This document shows, one piece after another, positions 18,448 to 28,082 of a DNA stretch of 64,000 nucleotides. Within the stretch, counting starts at the first letter, position 1; each line of letters opens with the position of its first letter. The stretch lies in assembly GCA_035266845.1 (NCBI GenBank), contig DATFMP010000077.1:809-64808 (forward strand), given 5' to 3'. The translations under genes were made by a program, and so were the position numbers. Below the pieces are notes generated by a model. It saw only the letters and a list, made by a program, of their open reading frames with translations. It was not told where the DNA came from and ran no database searches. This DNA is from a bacterium (GTDB taxonomy: Bacteria > SAR324 > JACQKK01).

Positions 18448-19698
18448 ATGGTCGCAACCACCAACACCGCTGGCCCCTACGAGACCTACGTCACGCACCT
18501 GGAGTGCGGCTATACCGGCGAGCGCCACGAGGCGGACGTCCTGCACGGCCTCTCGCGAGCGGGCAAACCGCTGCTGGTGCGCTACGATCTGGAAGCCCTG
18601 GCGCGGGGCCTGGACAAGGCCACGCTGGCCAAGCGCCCGGCGGACCTGTGGCGCTATCGTGAGTTCCTGCCAGTGCGCAAGGCGGAGAATATCGTCTCGC
18701 TGGGCGAGCCGGTCACGCCGCTCATTCCCTTGCCGCGCCTGCGCGGCCGCACGGGCAGCCGTGGGCTGTGGGTGAAGGACGAGGGCCGTCTGCCCACGAG
18801 TTCCTTCAAGGCGCGGGGGCTGTGCCTGGCCGTTTCCATGGCCAAGGAGCTGGGCGTGCAGCGCATGGCCATGCCCACCAACGGCAACGCCGGGGCGGCC
18901 ATGGCAGCCTACTGCTCGCGGGCCGGTATCGAGAGCTACGTGTTCTGCCCGGAGGATACGCCGGAGATCAACGTGCGCGAGATCGCGGCCCAGGGGGCCA
19001 AGGTGTACCGCGTCAATGGGTTGATCAACGACTGCGGCAAGATCGTGGGCGAGGGCAAGGAGGCCATGGGCTGGTTCGATACCTCCACGCTCAAGGAGCC
19101 CTACCGCATCGAGGGCAAGAAGACGATGGGCCTGGAGGTCGCCGAGCAGTTCGGCTGGGAGTTGCCGGACGTGATCTTCTACCCCACCGGCGGCGGCACG
19201 GGGCTGATCGGCATGGTCAAGGCCTTCGACGAACTGGAGGCGATGGGCTGGATTGGCAGCAAGCGCCCGCGCATGGTGGCCGTGCAGGCCACCGGCTGCG
19301 CGCCCATCGTGCGGGCGTATGAGCAGGGCGCCGAGCACGCGGAGTTGTGGCAGGACGCGCATACCATCGCCTCGGGCATCCGCGTGCCCGTGGCCATCGG
19401 GGACTTCCTGATCCTCCGCGGCATGCGCTCCACCGGCGGCTTCGCCATCGCCGTGGAGGACGAGGCGATCGAGGCTGCGCTGGCGGAGGTCGCCCACGAG
19501 GAGGGCCTGCTGCTCTGCCCGGAGGGCGCCGCCACCTATGCCGCCTACAAGCAGGCGCTGGCCGAAGGCAAGGTGGATGCCGACGAACGGGTGGTGCTGT
19601 TCAACTGCGCCAGCGGGCTCAAGTATCCGCTGCCGCCGGTGACCCGCAAGCTGGACCGCCACCAGCCGGTGGACTACGCCGCCATGAAGGCCTCCTAG
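18448..19698 (+). CDS. threonine synthase-like PLP enzyme (TrpB-fold)
   Basis: The PLP-lysine motif PTSSFKARG and the glycine loop GGGTGLIGM. 416 aa. Confidence 0.85.
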   Translation: MVATTNTAGPYETYVTHLECGYTGERHEADVLHGLSRAGKPLLVRYDLEALARGLDKATLAKRPADLWRYREFLPVRKAENIVSLGEPVTPLIPLPRLRGRTGSRGLWVKDEGRLPTSSFKARGLCLAVSMAKELGVQRMAMPTNGNAGAAMAAYCSRAGIESYVFCPEDTPEINVREIAAQGAKVYRVNGLINDCGKIVGEGKEAMGWFDTSTLKEPYRIEGKKTMGLEVAEQFGWELPDVIFYPTGGGTGLIGMVKAFDELEAMGWIGSKRPRMVAVQATGCAPIVRAYEQGAEHAELWQDAHTIASGIRVPVAIGDFLILRGMRSTGGFAIAVEDEAIEAALAEVAHEEGLLLCPEGAATYAAYKQALAEGKVDADERVVLFNCASGLKYPLPPVTRKLDRHQPVDYAAMKAS

Positions 19699-19718
19699 TC
19701 GCCCGCCCCGGCCTGTCC

Positions 19719-21086
19719 ATGAGCGAACCCGCCCTGTCCCACGCCGCCGCCGAGCGCCTGGAGTCGGCGTACCGAGTGCTCGCCGGCGACGACACCGACG
19801 AGCGTGCCTGCGAGGCCATCCCGGCAGGCGCCTGCACGGACGTCCCGCGCAACTACCTGCTGAACCTGGCCAACGGCGCCGCCACCAAGCTGGCCGAACA
19901 GCTCGCCAGCCCGGGCCTGGTGCTGCCCTGGCTGCTGGCCGGCATTGGGGCCCCGGCCACCGTCACCGGGCTGCTGGTGCCGCTCAAGCAGGCGGGGTCG
20001 CTGCTGCCCCAGCTTGTTGTGGCGGGCCGCATCCGCTCGCTGGCCCGGCGCAAGTGGGTATGGGTAGCCGCCGGACTGTTCCAGGCGCTCATGCTGACCG
20101 TAATCGGGGCCGGGGCGATGATCCTGCCGCCCGAAATGGCGGGGCCGCTGACGCTGCTGGCCTTCGCCATCTTCAGCGTGGCCAGCGGCGCCGGCTCCGT
20201 GGCCTTCCAGGATGTGATGGGCAAGACCATCCCCGCCGGACGGCGCGGGCGCCTGCTCTCCCACCGCGCGCTGGTAGGGGGCGGCCTGACGTTGATCGCT
20301 GCGGGGGTCTTCCGCGTGCTCAGCGCGGACGCGGTGGACGTACAACTCACCGTGGCACTGCTGCTGATCGCCGCCTTGCTGTGGGCGTTGGGCGCAGCCG
20401 CCTTCGCCGCCATGGAAGAGCAGGACGGCGCCACCAGCGGCGGCCGCTCCATGCTGCACGAGGTGGCCGCGGGCCTGAAGCTGGTGCGCGAGGTGCCCGG
20501 CTACCGAGGCTTCCTGTGGGCGCGCGGCCTGCTGCTGGGCGTGGAGCTGGCCGCGCCCTTCTTCGCGCTGCACGCCAGCGGGCTCTACGGCAATGGCGCC
20601 GCCCAACTGGGCTCGTACGTCTTCGCGCTTGGGTTGGCGAATGTCGTGGCGAGTCCCCTGTGGGGCCGCTGGTCGGATGCCACCGCCCACCGCGTAATGG
20701 CGGTGGCGGGCCTGATCGCCGTCGCCGCAGGCCTGCTGGCGCTGGCGCTGACCTGGGTACCGGCCGCCATCGGCATCTGGGCCTATGCCGGAGTGTTCCT
20801 GCTGGTCGGAGTGGCGGAGGCCGGGCTGCGGCTGGGACGCAAGACCTATCTGCTGGATGGCGCTCCGGCGGACGAACGGCCGCTCTACGTCGCCTTTGCC
20901 AACACCGCCATGGGGCTGCTGGCCCTGGCCGGCGTCGCACTGGGCGTGCTGGCGGACGTCACCGTGCCCGCCACCGCCATCGGCGCGGTGATTGTGCTGG
21001 CCGCGCTGGGAGCGCTGGCAAGCTGGCGCCTTCCGCCCGCGCGGGACATGACGATGGAGGTGCTGGGCCACTCAGACGTCGGCTGA
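19719..21086 (+). CDS. MFS transporter
   Basis: About 12 TM segments. The start MSEPALSHAAAERLE at ATG 19719 lies 20 nt after the thrC-like stop. The longer track ORF from 19347 overlaps the upstream gene. Confidence 0.75.
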   Translation: MSEPALSHAAAERLESAYRVLAGDDTDERACEAIPAGACTDVPRNYLLNLANGAATKLAEQLASPGLVLPWLLAGIGAPATVTGLLVPLKQAGSLLPQLVVAGRIRSLARRKWVWVAAGLFQALMLTVIGAGAMILPPEMAGPLTLLAFAIFSVASGAGSVAFQDVMGKTIPAGRRGRLLSHRALVGGGLTLIAAGVFRVLSADAVDVQLTVALLLIAALLWALGAAAFAAMEEQDGATSGGRSMLHEVAAGLKLVREVPGYRGFLWARGLLLGVELAAPFFALHASGLYGNGAAQLGSYVFALGLANVVASPLWGRWSDATAHRVMAVAGLIAVAAGLLALALTWVPAAIGIWAYAGVFLLVGVAEAGLRLGRKTYLLDGAPADERPLYVAFANTAMGLLALAGVALGVLADVTVPATAIGAVIVLAALGALASWRLPPARDMTMEVLGHSDVG

Positions 21087-21099
21087 GCCCGGCGCCGCA

Positions 21100-22329
21100 T
21101 CACGCTCCCTGCCCCAGCACTTCCCCCACCGCCAGCGTCAGCACGCGCGTGGCGCGCGCCAGATCGTCCAGCTTCAGCCGTTCGTCCGCGCGGTGGGCAT
21201 TGGCCTCGGCCAAGCTACGGGGACCGGCGCCATAGAGCACGGTGGGGATGCCCGCCGCGGCGTAGTGGCGGGCATCGGTATAGAGCGGCAGACCACGCGT
21301 AGGGATGGACTCGCCCAGCACCACGCCGCCATGGCGCTGCAGCACGGTGGCCAGCCGCTCCGCGCCGATCAGGGGCTTCAGCGGCGCCGCACTGAGGATA
21401 CACCGCACCTCGCAGCTCACGCCCGGAATCAGCGCCGCGGTGCGCTGGATGAACTCCGTCAGCTCGCGCTGCACGCGCTCGGGCTGCTCCTCGGGGATGA
21501 TGCGGCGGTCCAGTCGCACGGTGACGCGATCGGGCACGACGTTCGTGTTGGTGCCGCCGGAGATGAGCCCCGCTACCAGGGTCGGGCTGCCGATGCCGGG
21601 CGTGGCGGAGCGGATGCGGGTATAGCCGCGGCGATGCGCATAGAGCGAGGCCAGCACCATCGTCGCGGCCTCCAACGCGTCCCGGCCCTGCTCCGGCTCG
21701 GCGGCATGGGCCGAGACGCCATGGAAGCTCAACTCCAGGTGCAGGCAGCCGTTGTGCGCGGTCACCACCGCATAGCTGAAGCCGGCACAGATCGCGTAGT
21801 CCGGCTGTGTGAGCCCGTGCGTCAGCAGCCACTGCGGGCCGAGCCGACCACCAGCCTCCTCATCGTAGGTGACGTGTAGCTCCACCGTGCCGCGAGCCAG
21901 GCCAGCATCACGCAGGGCCAGCAACGTGAACGCGTAGGCGGCGATGTCACTCTTGGAGACGGCCACGCCCCGGCCCAGCATCCAGCCCTCGCGCACCTCA
22001 GCGCCGTATGGATCGGCGCTCCAGCCCTCGCCCGGCGGCACCGCATCGCCGTGGGCATTGAGGACCAGCGTGGAGCCGGGGCCGAAGCGCTCGCGCACGA
22101 TCAGGTTGGTGACGCTGCGCATCCCCGCGGCTTGGCACTCGGCTTCGGGCACCGGATGTGCCGCCACCGCCAGGCCGAGCGCCTCCAGCAGCGACTGGGT
22201 GCGGGCCGCGTGCGGGGCACAGTCGCCCGGGGGATTGTCCGAGGGCGTACGCACGAGTTCGGCCAGCAGCGCCTCCTGACGCTCGCGCTGGGCATCCAGG
22301 AACGCGGTGATCTCAGCGGCGGACTTCAT
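21100..22329 (-). CDS. M20-family metallopeptidase/deacylase (ArgE/DapE/CPG2-like)
   Basis: Metal-ligand motifs LNAHGDAVP (HxD) and GRGVAVSKSD. ATG 22329 (MKSAAEIT). Confidence 0.85.
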   Translation of the reverse strand: MKSAAEITAFLDAQRERQEALLAELVRTPSDNPPGDCAPHAARTQSLLEALGLAVAAHPVPEAECQAAGMRSVTNLIVRERFGPGSTLVLNAHGDAVPPGEGWSADPYGAEVREGWMLGRGVAVSKSDIAAYAFTLLALRDAGLARGTVELHVTYDEEAGGRLGPQWLLTHGLTQPDYAICAGFSYAVVTAHNGCLHLELSFHGVSAHAAEPEQGRDALEAATMVLASLYAHRRGYTRIRSATPGIGSPTLVAGLISGGTNTNVVPDRVTVRLDRRIIPEEQPERVQRELTEFIQRTAALIPGVSCEVRCILSAAPLKPLIGAERLATVLQRHGGVVLGESIPTRGLPLYTDARHYAAAGIPTVLYGAGPRSLAEANAHRADERLKLDDLARATRVLTLAVGEVLGQGA

Positions 22330-22365
22330 TGCGCGGTCACCGCGCACAGGAAGGCCGCGGAGCAG

Positions 22366-22656
22366 CTAGTGGTGTCCAGCGATGGGGCCCTCCTTGTTCA
22401 GGATCTCGCCCATTTCCTTGGCGAAATCGGGGTCGTTGCGGCGGATCCATTCCAGCGTCATCATGCCGTGCTCGATCTCTTCGCGCATGTTGTGCAGCAG
22501 GATCTCGCGCAGCGCATCGTCCTCACAGTCGTCCGCGCGCTGGCGGTACCAGTCGATCGCTTCCAGTTCCTCGATCAGCGAAACGATGGCCTGGTGCATG
22601 GCCAGGGTGTGCTTGCTGAGCTTCTCGCGGGGGGCGTGCAGGGACTCATGGGACAT
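22366..22656 (-). CDS. encapsulated-ferritin-like (EncFtn) ferroxidase-domain protein, without recognisable cargo-loading peptide
   Basis: 96 aa: MSHESLHAPREKLSKHTLAMHQAIVSLIEELEAIDWYRQRADDCEDDALREILLHNMREEIEHGMMTLEWIRRNDPDFAKEMG... It matches the EncFtn pattern ELEA(V/I)DWY...R.D.....L..IL.HN..EE.EH..MTLEWLRRND. A strong RBS AAAGGAGAC lies 6 nt upstream. Confidence 0.7.
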   Translation of the reverse strand: MSHESLHAPREKLSKHTLAMHQAIVSLIEELEAIDWYRQRADDCEDDALREILLHNMREEIEHGMMTLEWIRRNDPDFAKEMGEILNKEGPIAGHH

Positions 22657-22835
22657 CGTCGCGTCTCCTTTCGCTTTCACGTGATGGCACAAGGCGGGGC
22701 ACGAGGGCCCCTGGTAGAGGTCGTGCGTTGTGGCGCGGAGCGCCGCACATCGAGCCGCTTGGCGGTGTTTCCGACGGCGCCATGGGACCCGCGGCCACGC
22801 GGGCCACAGGCGAGCTTGCCGCCACGACAGGGCAG

Positions 22836-23723
22836 CTACATGCGGCGGGCGATGCGGGGATCGAGCGTATCGCGCAGTCCGTCACCCAGCAGATTGATCC
22901 CCAGCACCGTCAGCGCAAGGCAAATGCCGGGGAAGAGGATGATCCAGAAGCCGATCTGCACATAGGTGCGGCCCTCGGCCATGATGTTGCCCCAACTGGG
23001 CACGTCCGGCGGCGTGCCAGCGCCCAGGAAGCTCAGATAGGCCTCGATGATCACCGCCGAGGCCATGATGTAGGTGCCCTGCACAATGAGCGGCGCCAGC
23101 GTGTTGGGCATGATGTGGCGGAACATCGTGCGCAGGAAGCCGGCCCCCATGGCCGACGCCGCCTCAACGAACGGCTGCTCCCGCAGCGACAGCACCAACG
23201 CCCGCACTAGCCGCACCACGCGGGGAATCTCCGGAATCGTGATGGCGATGATCACGTTCTTCACACTGGCGCTCATGAGGGCCATTAGGGCGATCGCCAG
23301 CAGGATCGCCGGGATGGACATGAGGCCATCCATGATGCGCATGATGATGGCGTCCAGCACGCGGTTGTATCCGCTCATCAGCCCGATCACCATGCCGAAG
23401 CTCGTGGCGAGGATCGATACGCTGAAGCCCACGACCAGGGAGATACGCGCCCCGTAGATCGTGCGGCTATAGACATCGCGCCCGAACATATCCGTGCCGA
23501 ACCAATGGCCCGCCTCGGGGGGACGCAGGCGGTGGATCGGATTGAGTACCCGCGGATCGTACGTGAACAGGTACGGCGCCAGGATTGCCATCAGCACCAT
23601 CGCCACCAGCAGCGCGCCGCCGACCAACATGGTGGGATGCCGCCGCACAATATTGCGCATGTGGCCCAGCAGCGCCCTTGGTTGCGCCGGCAGGGCAATG
23701 GCATCGGGTTCGGCAGTCAGCAT
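22836..23723 (-). CDS. ABC transporter permease, DppC/OppC-like
   Basis: Contains the EAA loop region (IEAYLSFLGAGTPPDVPSWG) and about 6 TM segments. Confidence 0.85.
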   Translation of the reverse strand: MLTAEPDAIALPAQPRALLGHMRNIVRRHPTMLVGGALLVAMVLMAILAPYLFTYDPRVLNPIHRLRPPEAGHWFGTDMFGRDVYSRTIYGARISLVVGFSVSILATSFGMVIGLMSGYNRVLDAIIMRIMDGLMSIPAILLAIALMALMSASVKNVIIAITIPEIPRVVRLVRALVLSLREQPFVEAASAMGAGFLRTMFRHIMPNTLAPLIVQGTYIMASAVIIEAYLSFLGAGTPPDVPSWGNIMAEGRTYVQIGFWIILFPGICLALTVLGINLLGDGLRDTLDPRIARRM

Positions 23724-23750
23724 GACGCTCCAAAGGCCGGACGCGACCCG

Positions 23751-24692
23751 CTAGTAGCGGATGCGAGGATCGAGCACCGTGTACAACAGGTCCACGACAA
23801 GATTCACCAGCACGTAGGCCGCCGAGAAGATCAGGATGATCCCCTGAATCACCGGATAGTCGCGGTGCAGGATCGCATCCACCGTAAGCCGCCCCAAACC
23901 TGGAATGGCGAACACGCTCTCCGTCACCACTACCCCGCCGATAAGCAGCGCCACGCCCACGCCGATGATCGTGACCACCGGCACCGCCGCGTTCTTGAGA
24001 GCGTGACCCCACAGCACATTGCGCGGGTTGAGGCCCTTCGAGTGCGCCGTGCGGATGTAGTCCTCGCTCAGCACCTCAAGCACGCTGGCGCGCGTGATCC
24101 GCGCAATGAGGGCCATGTACACCAAGCCCAGCGTGAGGGTGGGCAGCGTGATGTGGCGCAGGAACGGGATCAGCCCGTCGCTGATGCTCTTGTAGCCTTG
24201 CACTGGCAGCCATGCCAGTTGCACGGAGAAGCCGTAGATCAGCAGAAAGCCCAGCCAGAACACCGGGAACGAGAATCCCAGCACGGCGAACACCATCACC
24301 AGCCGGTCTATCCAGGTACCGGCCTTCCAGGCGGCCAGCACCCCCATTGGCACGGCAAGCACGACCGCGAAGATCATCGTCGTCAGCGAGAGCGCCAGGG
24401 TGGGCTCCATGCGCTGTCTGATGAGCTTGCTCACCGGCAGGTTGGAGAAGATCGACACCCCCAGGTCCCCATGCGCAATGCGCCCGAGCCAGATGACAAG
24501 CTGCGTGGCGATGGGCTGATCCAGACCGAGCTGGTGGCGGATGCGCTCGATATCCTGCGGCTGGGCGTAGTCCCCCGCGATCACTGCGGCGGGATCGCCC
24601 GGCGCGATACGCAGCAGGGTGAACACGAACAGGGCGACGATCAGCATGACGGGGATCGTCGCCAGGATACGCCGGATGATATAAGTCTGCAT
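23751..24692 (-). CDS. ABC transporter permease, DppB/OppB-like
   Basis: MQTYIIRRILATIPVMLIVALFVF is the typical DppB start. ATG verified at 24692. The longer track ORF to 25130 is upstream read-through. Confidence 0.85.
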   Translation of the reverse strand: MQTYIIRRILATIPVMLIVALFVFTLLRIAPGDPAAVIAGDYAQPQDIERIRHQLGLDQPIATQLVIWLGRIAHGDLGVSIFSNLPVSKLIRQRMEPTLALSLTTMIFAVVLAVPMGVLAAWKAGTWIDRLVMVFAVLGFSFPVFWLGFLLIYGFSVQLAWLPVQGYKSISDGLIPFLRHITLPTLTLGLVYMALIARITRASVLEVLSEDYIRTAHSKGLNPRNVLWGHALKNAAVPVVTIIGVGVALLIGGVVVTESVFAIPGLGRLTVDAILHRDYPVIQGIILIFSAAYVLVNLVVDLLYTVLDPRIRY

Positions 24693-24891
24693 GGCTCCGC
24701 GCCTGCTGCAAGGCCCCCCGGCCGGCCCTGGCGGGCACTCCCCCGGGCCTGGGTTTCGCGATCCACACATCTTCAGGATACGTGGATAATAGCACCGTTG
24801 CCGCGCATCCGGTAGGCAGCGGCTTGGCGACCCGTACCACGCAAGGCTCCGCCCAATGCCCACATTGCCAAGCCCACGACGACCCGGCGCG

Positions 24892-25902
24892 TCAGTCGGC
24901 TCCCGCGGTATCGAGGCGCGCGCGCAGTTCGGTGGGGGTGCTTCGGAACCAGCGCTTGCAGGCCCGGTAGAAATTCGGGGTGTTGGAATAGCCCAACTGC
25001 TCGGCGATCTCGTCCATTGTCTTTTTTTCGATGGCCAGCAGTTCCAGACACACTTGCTTACGTACATCCTCCAGCAACTCGCGATACGTCGTCCCGTTGC
25101 GGCGTAGCGCGCGCCGCAATTCCGCCGCACTCAGGCCGAGCTGTGGGGCGACCGTCTTGATGCCGGTGTCCCCCACGCTGACGTATCCCCGCAACGCATT
25201 GCGCAACACGTCGGGCAAATCCTCGTCGGGCGGCAGGCCACGCGCCGTGCCTCCGACTGTCTCCAGCAGCGCCTTGCCCAGCCAGGGATCGTGCAGAGGC
25301 ACGACCTGCTGGCGCAGGCCGCGCTTGTATCGCAACAGATCAGCCGGCGCATCGAACATTACGGGACAGCGAAAGACTCGGTAAAACTCACCCCCGTAGG
25401 CTGGCCGGGGCGCGCGGAAGGTCACCAACTGCGGCTCGATCCGTGGTTGGGTGATCCAACGCACCAGGGTGGCCAGGGTCGCCAACCGATACTCCGCATC
25501 AAGGTGCGTGTCCGGCGCGGTGCGCCGATTCTCGTAGACCAGATCGATGCTGAGCGCAGTCACCTCGACCGTCCATTGCGACTCCGGATAGAGCAGATGC
25601 CAGTGCGCCACCATGCGCTCGACTGCCTTGCGGGGGTCGTGAGTGCTCAGCATCAGCGCATTGATTGTGTGCAGCCGCGCCAGAGGGCGTTCGCCCAACC
25701 GCAGCGCCACGGCGTCCGAAGATGAGCGCTCCATCAACGCCTGCCACAGATCGCTGATTTTGGCCTCGGGAACCCAGGACCGGTACAGCCGCCCCGCGCC
25801 GCCTTGCCAGCCCAAGTCGTTCAGCAGTGCCTGGCCATCCATACCCAGGGACACCCCGCCGAACAGCAGGTCCGCAAACAATCCGTACGCAGGAAGGTCC
25901 AT
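24892..25902 (-). CDS. AraC-family transcriptional regulator
   Basis: C-terminal dual HTH ...MDEIAEQLGYSNTPNFYRACKRWFRSTPTELR. 336 aa. Confidence 0.8.
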   Translation of the reverse strand: MDLPAYGLFADLLFGGVSLGMDGQALLNDLGWQGGAGRLYRSWVPEAKISDLWQALMERSSSDAVALRLGERPLARLHTINALMLSTHDPRKAVERMVAHWHLLYPESQWTVEVTALSIDLVYENRRTAPDTHLDAEYRLATLATLVRWITQPRIEPQLVTFRAPRPAYGGEFYRVFRCPVMFDAPADLLRYKRGLRQQVVPLHDPWLGKALLETVGGTARGLPPDEDLPDVLRNALRGYVSVGDTGIKTVAPQLGLSAAELRRALRRNGTTYRELLEDVRKQVCLELLAIEKKTMDEIAEQLGYSNTPNFYRACKRWFRSTPTELRARLDTAGAD

Positions 25903-26200
25903 ATCGCCGAATAACGATTCCCATTCTTACTTACGCCAGTATAGCGACGACAATGACAAAAACCGCATACTATATGACAAGAAACCTGATTTGACGTGGT
26001 GCGTATACTGCAATAGGGGTTGATCTAAGTCAATCTGGAAATGGTCGCACTATTTAGAAGATAATAGCATAACAAAACCAGCAAATTGAATTACCAGAAT
26101 CCTTGACGTAAATGCTTTAAAATATTTGTAATAACAATCGCTTAGCATAACTATGGCATCAACTCATGCTTCATATAAGCATCAACACCGGAGCCTAGCA
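25903..26200. promoter_or_regulatory. AT-rich divergent intergenic region (araC <-> MCP promoters)
   Basis: About 300 bp at roughly 35-40 % GC in a ~70 % GC context. Contains several TTGAC(G/A) and TATAAT-like hexamers (TTGACGTAAATGCTTTAAAATATTTGTAATAAC). The AT-rich character continues through the first ~40 codons of the MCP gene. Confidence 0.4.
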
Positions 26201-27907
26201 ATGCTTGACCGATACAGCCTTACGACCCGAATTTATGTGCAAAATTTTGTCATTCTTCTAATCATGGGATCCTTGGTTGCATTCAGCCTATCTCGCATTA
26301 GCCGCATCGGGGGGGCGGTACAGGCGGTTTCCACAGAAGCGGTTCCCCTGGTGAGGGATCTGGAGAAAGCGACCTCGGCGCAACTGGAGCAAGCTGTGCG
26401 GGTGGAACGCATCTTCCGCCTGGGCGAGGTGCCGGTGGACCAGCAGACGGCACGCACGCAGCTTCAGCAGCAGGTGCAGCAGTTCAACGATCTCTCACAG
26501 CATTTCAAGGCGGCCCTGGCAAAGGCGGAGAACGTCCTGTCCGAGGAGGTAGCTGCAGCGCGCGCATCTGGCGACGGGAGCGAACTGGTGACGGTGATGG
26601 ACCACCTCAAGGAGATCAGCGCCCAGCATCAGCAATACGCGACCAAGGTGGACTCCATCCTGGATCTCATCAACAAGGGACAAGTGAGCCAGGCCGTTTC
26701 GCTGGCAGCCGATCTGGACAAGACACAGACGGTGCTGGCCACGGAGGCCGAAACGGCGCTGAAGACGGTCGATCACTTCACGCAGGCGGCTGCGAACACC
26801 GCCGATCGCGATGAGCAGCAAGCGTATACGTACCTGATCCTGGCCACCATGGGTGCACTGGTGATCGGGCTCGTGATCGCGTTCCTGCTGGTGCGGGCCA
26901 TCGCCGGGCCGCTGCGCCGCGTGATCGATGGCCTGCGCGCCGGTGCCGAGCAGACATCGTCCGCCGCCGGCCAGGTGGCCGAGTCCAGCCAATCGCTGGC
27001 CTCCGGTGCATCAGAGCAGGCCGCCAGTCTGGAGGAGACTTCGTCCTCGCTGGAGGAGATGTCCACCATGATCCGCCAGAGCGCAGACGGTGCGCGGGAG
27101 GCGGACCGCATGGGGGAAGAGGCCCGCTCGGCGGTGCAGCGGGGCCGCGACGCCATGGATCGCATGCGCCTTGCCATCGAGGAGATCAAGACCTCCACGG
27201 ATCTTACCGCCAAGATCAACAAGACCATCGACGAGATTGCCTTCCAGACGAACCTCCTGGCACTCAACGCGGCCGTGGAAGCGGCACGGGCCGGCGATGC
27301 CGGCCGGGGCTTCGCCGTCGTCGCAGAGGAAGTGCGCAATCTTGCTTTGCGCAGTTCCGAGGCAGCCAAGGAAACGAGCGCCATCATCGAGCAGTCGCAG
27401 GACAAGGCGGGACAAGGCGTGCAGGTCAGCGCCGAGGTCAGCCAGGCTCTGGACGACATCCAGAAGGCCATCGCCACAGTGAGCGAGCTGTCGAACCAAG
27501 TGGCCGTGGCCAGCGCGGAGCAATCCCAGGGAGTCGAACAGGTGAACCTGGCGCTGGGGCAAATGGACGCCGTGACGCAGAGCAGCGCGGCCAACGCCGA
27601 GGAGACCGCCGCCGCCAGCGAGGAGCTGGCTGCTCAGGCCGCACAGTTGCGTGCCTACGTACAGGATCTCGTGCGGGTCCTGCAGGGCACACGCTTCCGC
27701 AACGATGACAGAGGTATCCGTGCGGGAGCTGCGGCTCATGCGGTCGCCGGCAATGGCCACAACGGCAAGTCCGGGGCCGGGCTGCGCAATGAGATTCACC
27801 ATATGCTCGAAAGCCGACCCGGAAACGATGGCCATAAGGGCTTCCCGCGGATCAGCGAGTCGGAGGACAAGGAGGAATTCGACATCGATGGGCAACTGCT
27901 GGTGTAG
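26201..27907 (+). CDS. methyl-accepting chemotaxis protein (2 TM, periplasmic helical sensor, HAMP, MA domain)
   Basis: Highly conserved signalling core [37 protein letters not shown] 26201 with a GGAG RBS. An unusual ~75-aa Gly/His/acidic C-terminal tail follows the MA domain. Confidence 0.85.
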   Translation: MLDRYSLTTRIYVQNFVILLIMGSLVAFSLSRISRIGGAVQAVSTEAVPLVRDLEKATSAQLEQAVRVERIFRLGEVPVDQQTARTQLQQQVQQFNDLSQHFKAALAKAENVLSEEVAAARASGDGSELVTVMDHLKEISAQHQQYATKVDSILDLINKGQVSQAVSLAADLDKTQTVLATEAETALKTVDHFTQAAANTADRDEQQAYTYLILATMGALVIGLVIAFLLVRAIAGPLRRVIDGLRAGAEQTSSAAGQVAESSQSLASGASEQAASLEETSSSLEEMSTMIRQSADGAREADRMGEEARSAVQRGRDAMDRMRLAIEEIKTSTDLTAKINKTIDEIAFQTNLLALNAAVEAARAGDAGRGFAVVAEEVRNLALRSSEAAKETSAIIEQSQDKAGQGVQVSAEVSQALDDIQKAIATVSELSNQVAVASAEQSQGVEQVNLALGQMDAVTQSSAANAEETAAASEELAAQAAQLRAYVQDLVRVLQGTRFRNDDRGIRAGAAAHAVAGNGHNGKSGAGLRNEIHHMLESRPGNDGHKGFPRISESEDKEEFDIDGQLLV

Positions 27908-28082
27908 GGCCTGTCGCACGACTGAGACGCGCACATTCGGCGTGGGGCTCCCCCTTCCAGGGAAGGCCCTGCGCCGACCGATCCAGCGCAATCCTCAGGG
28001 CCTACCCTGCCGTCCCCGTTTCCTCATAGGGGTGCCATTCCGCAGCCCGTAGCTTATCTGCTGGAGAAGAGTAGCCATTCCC

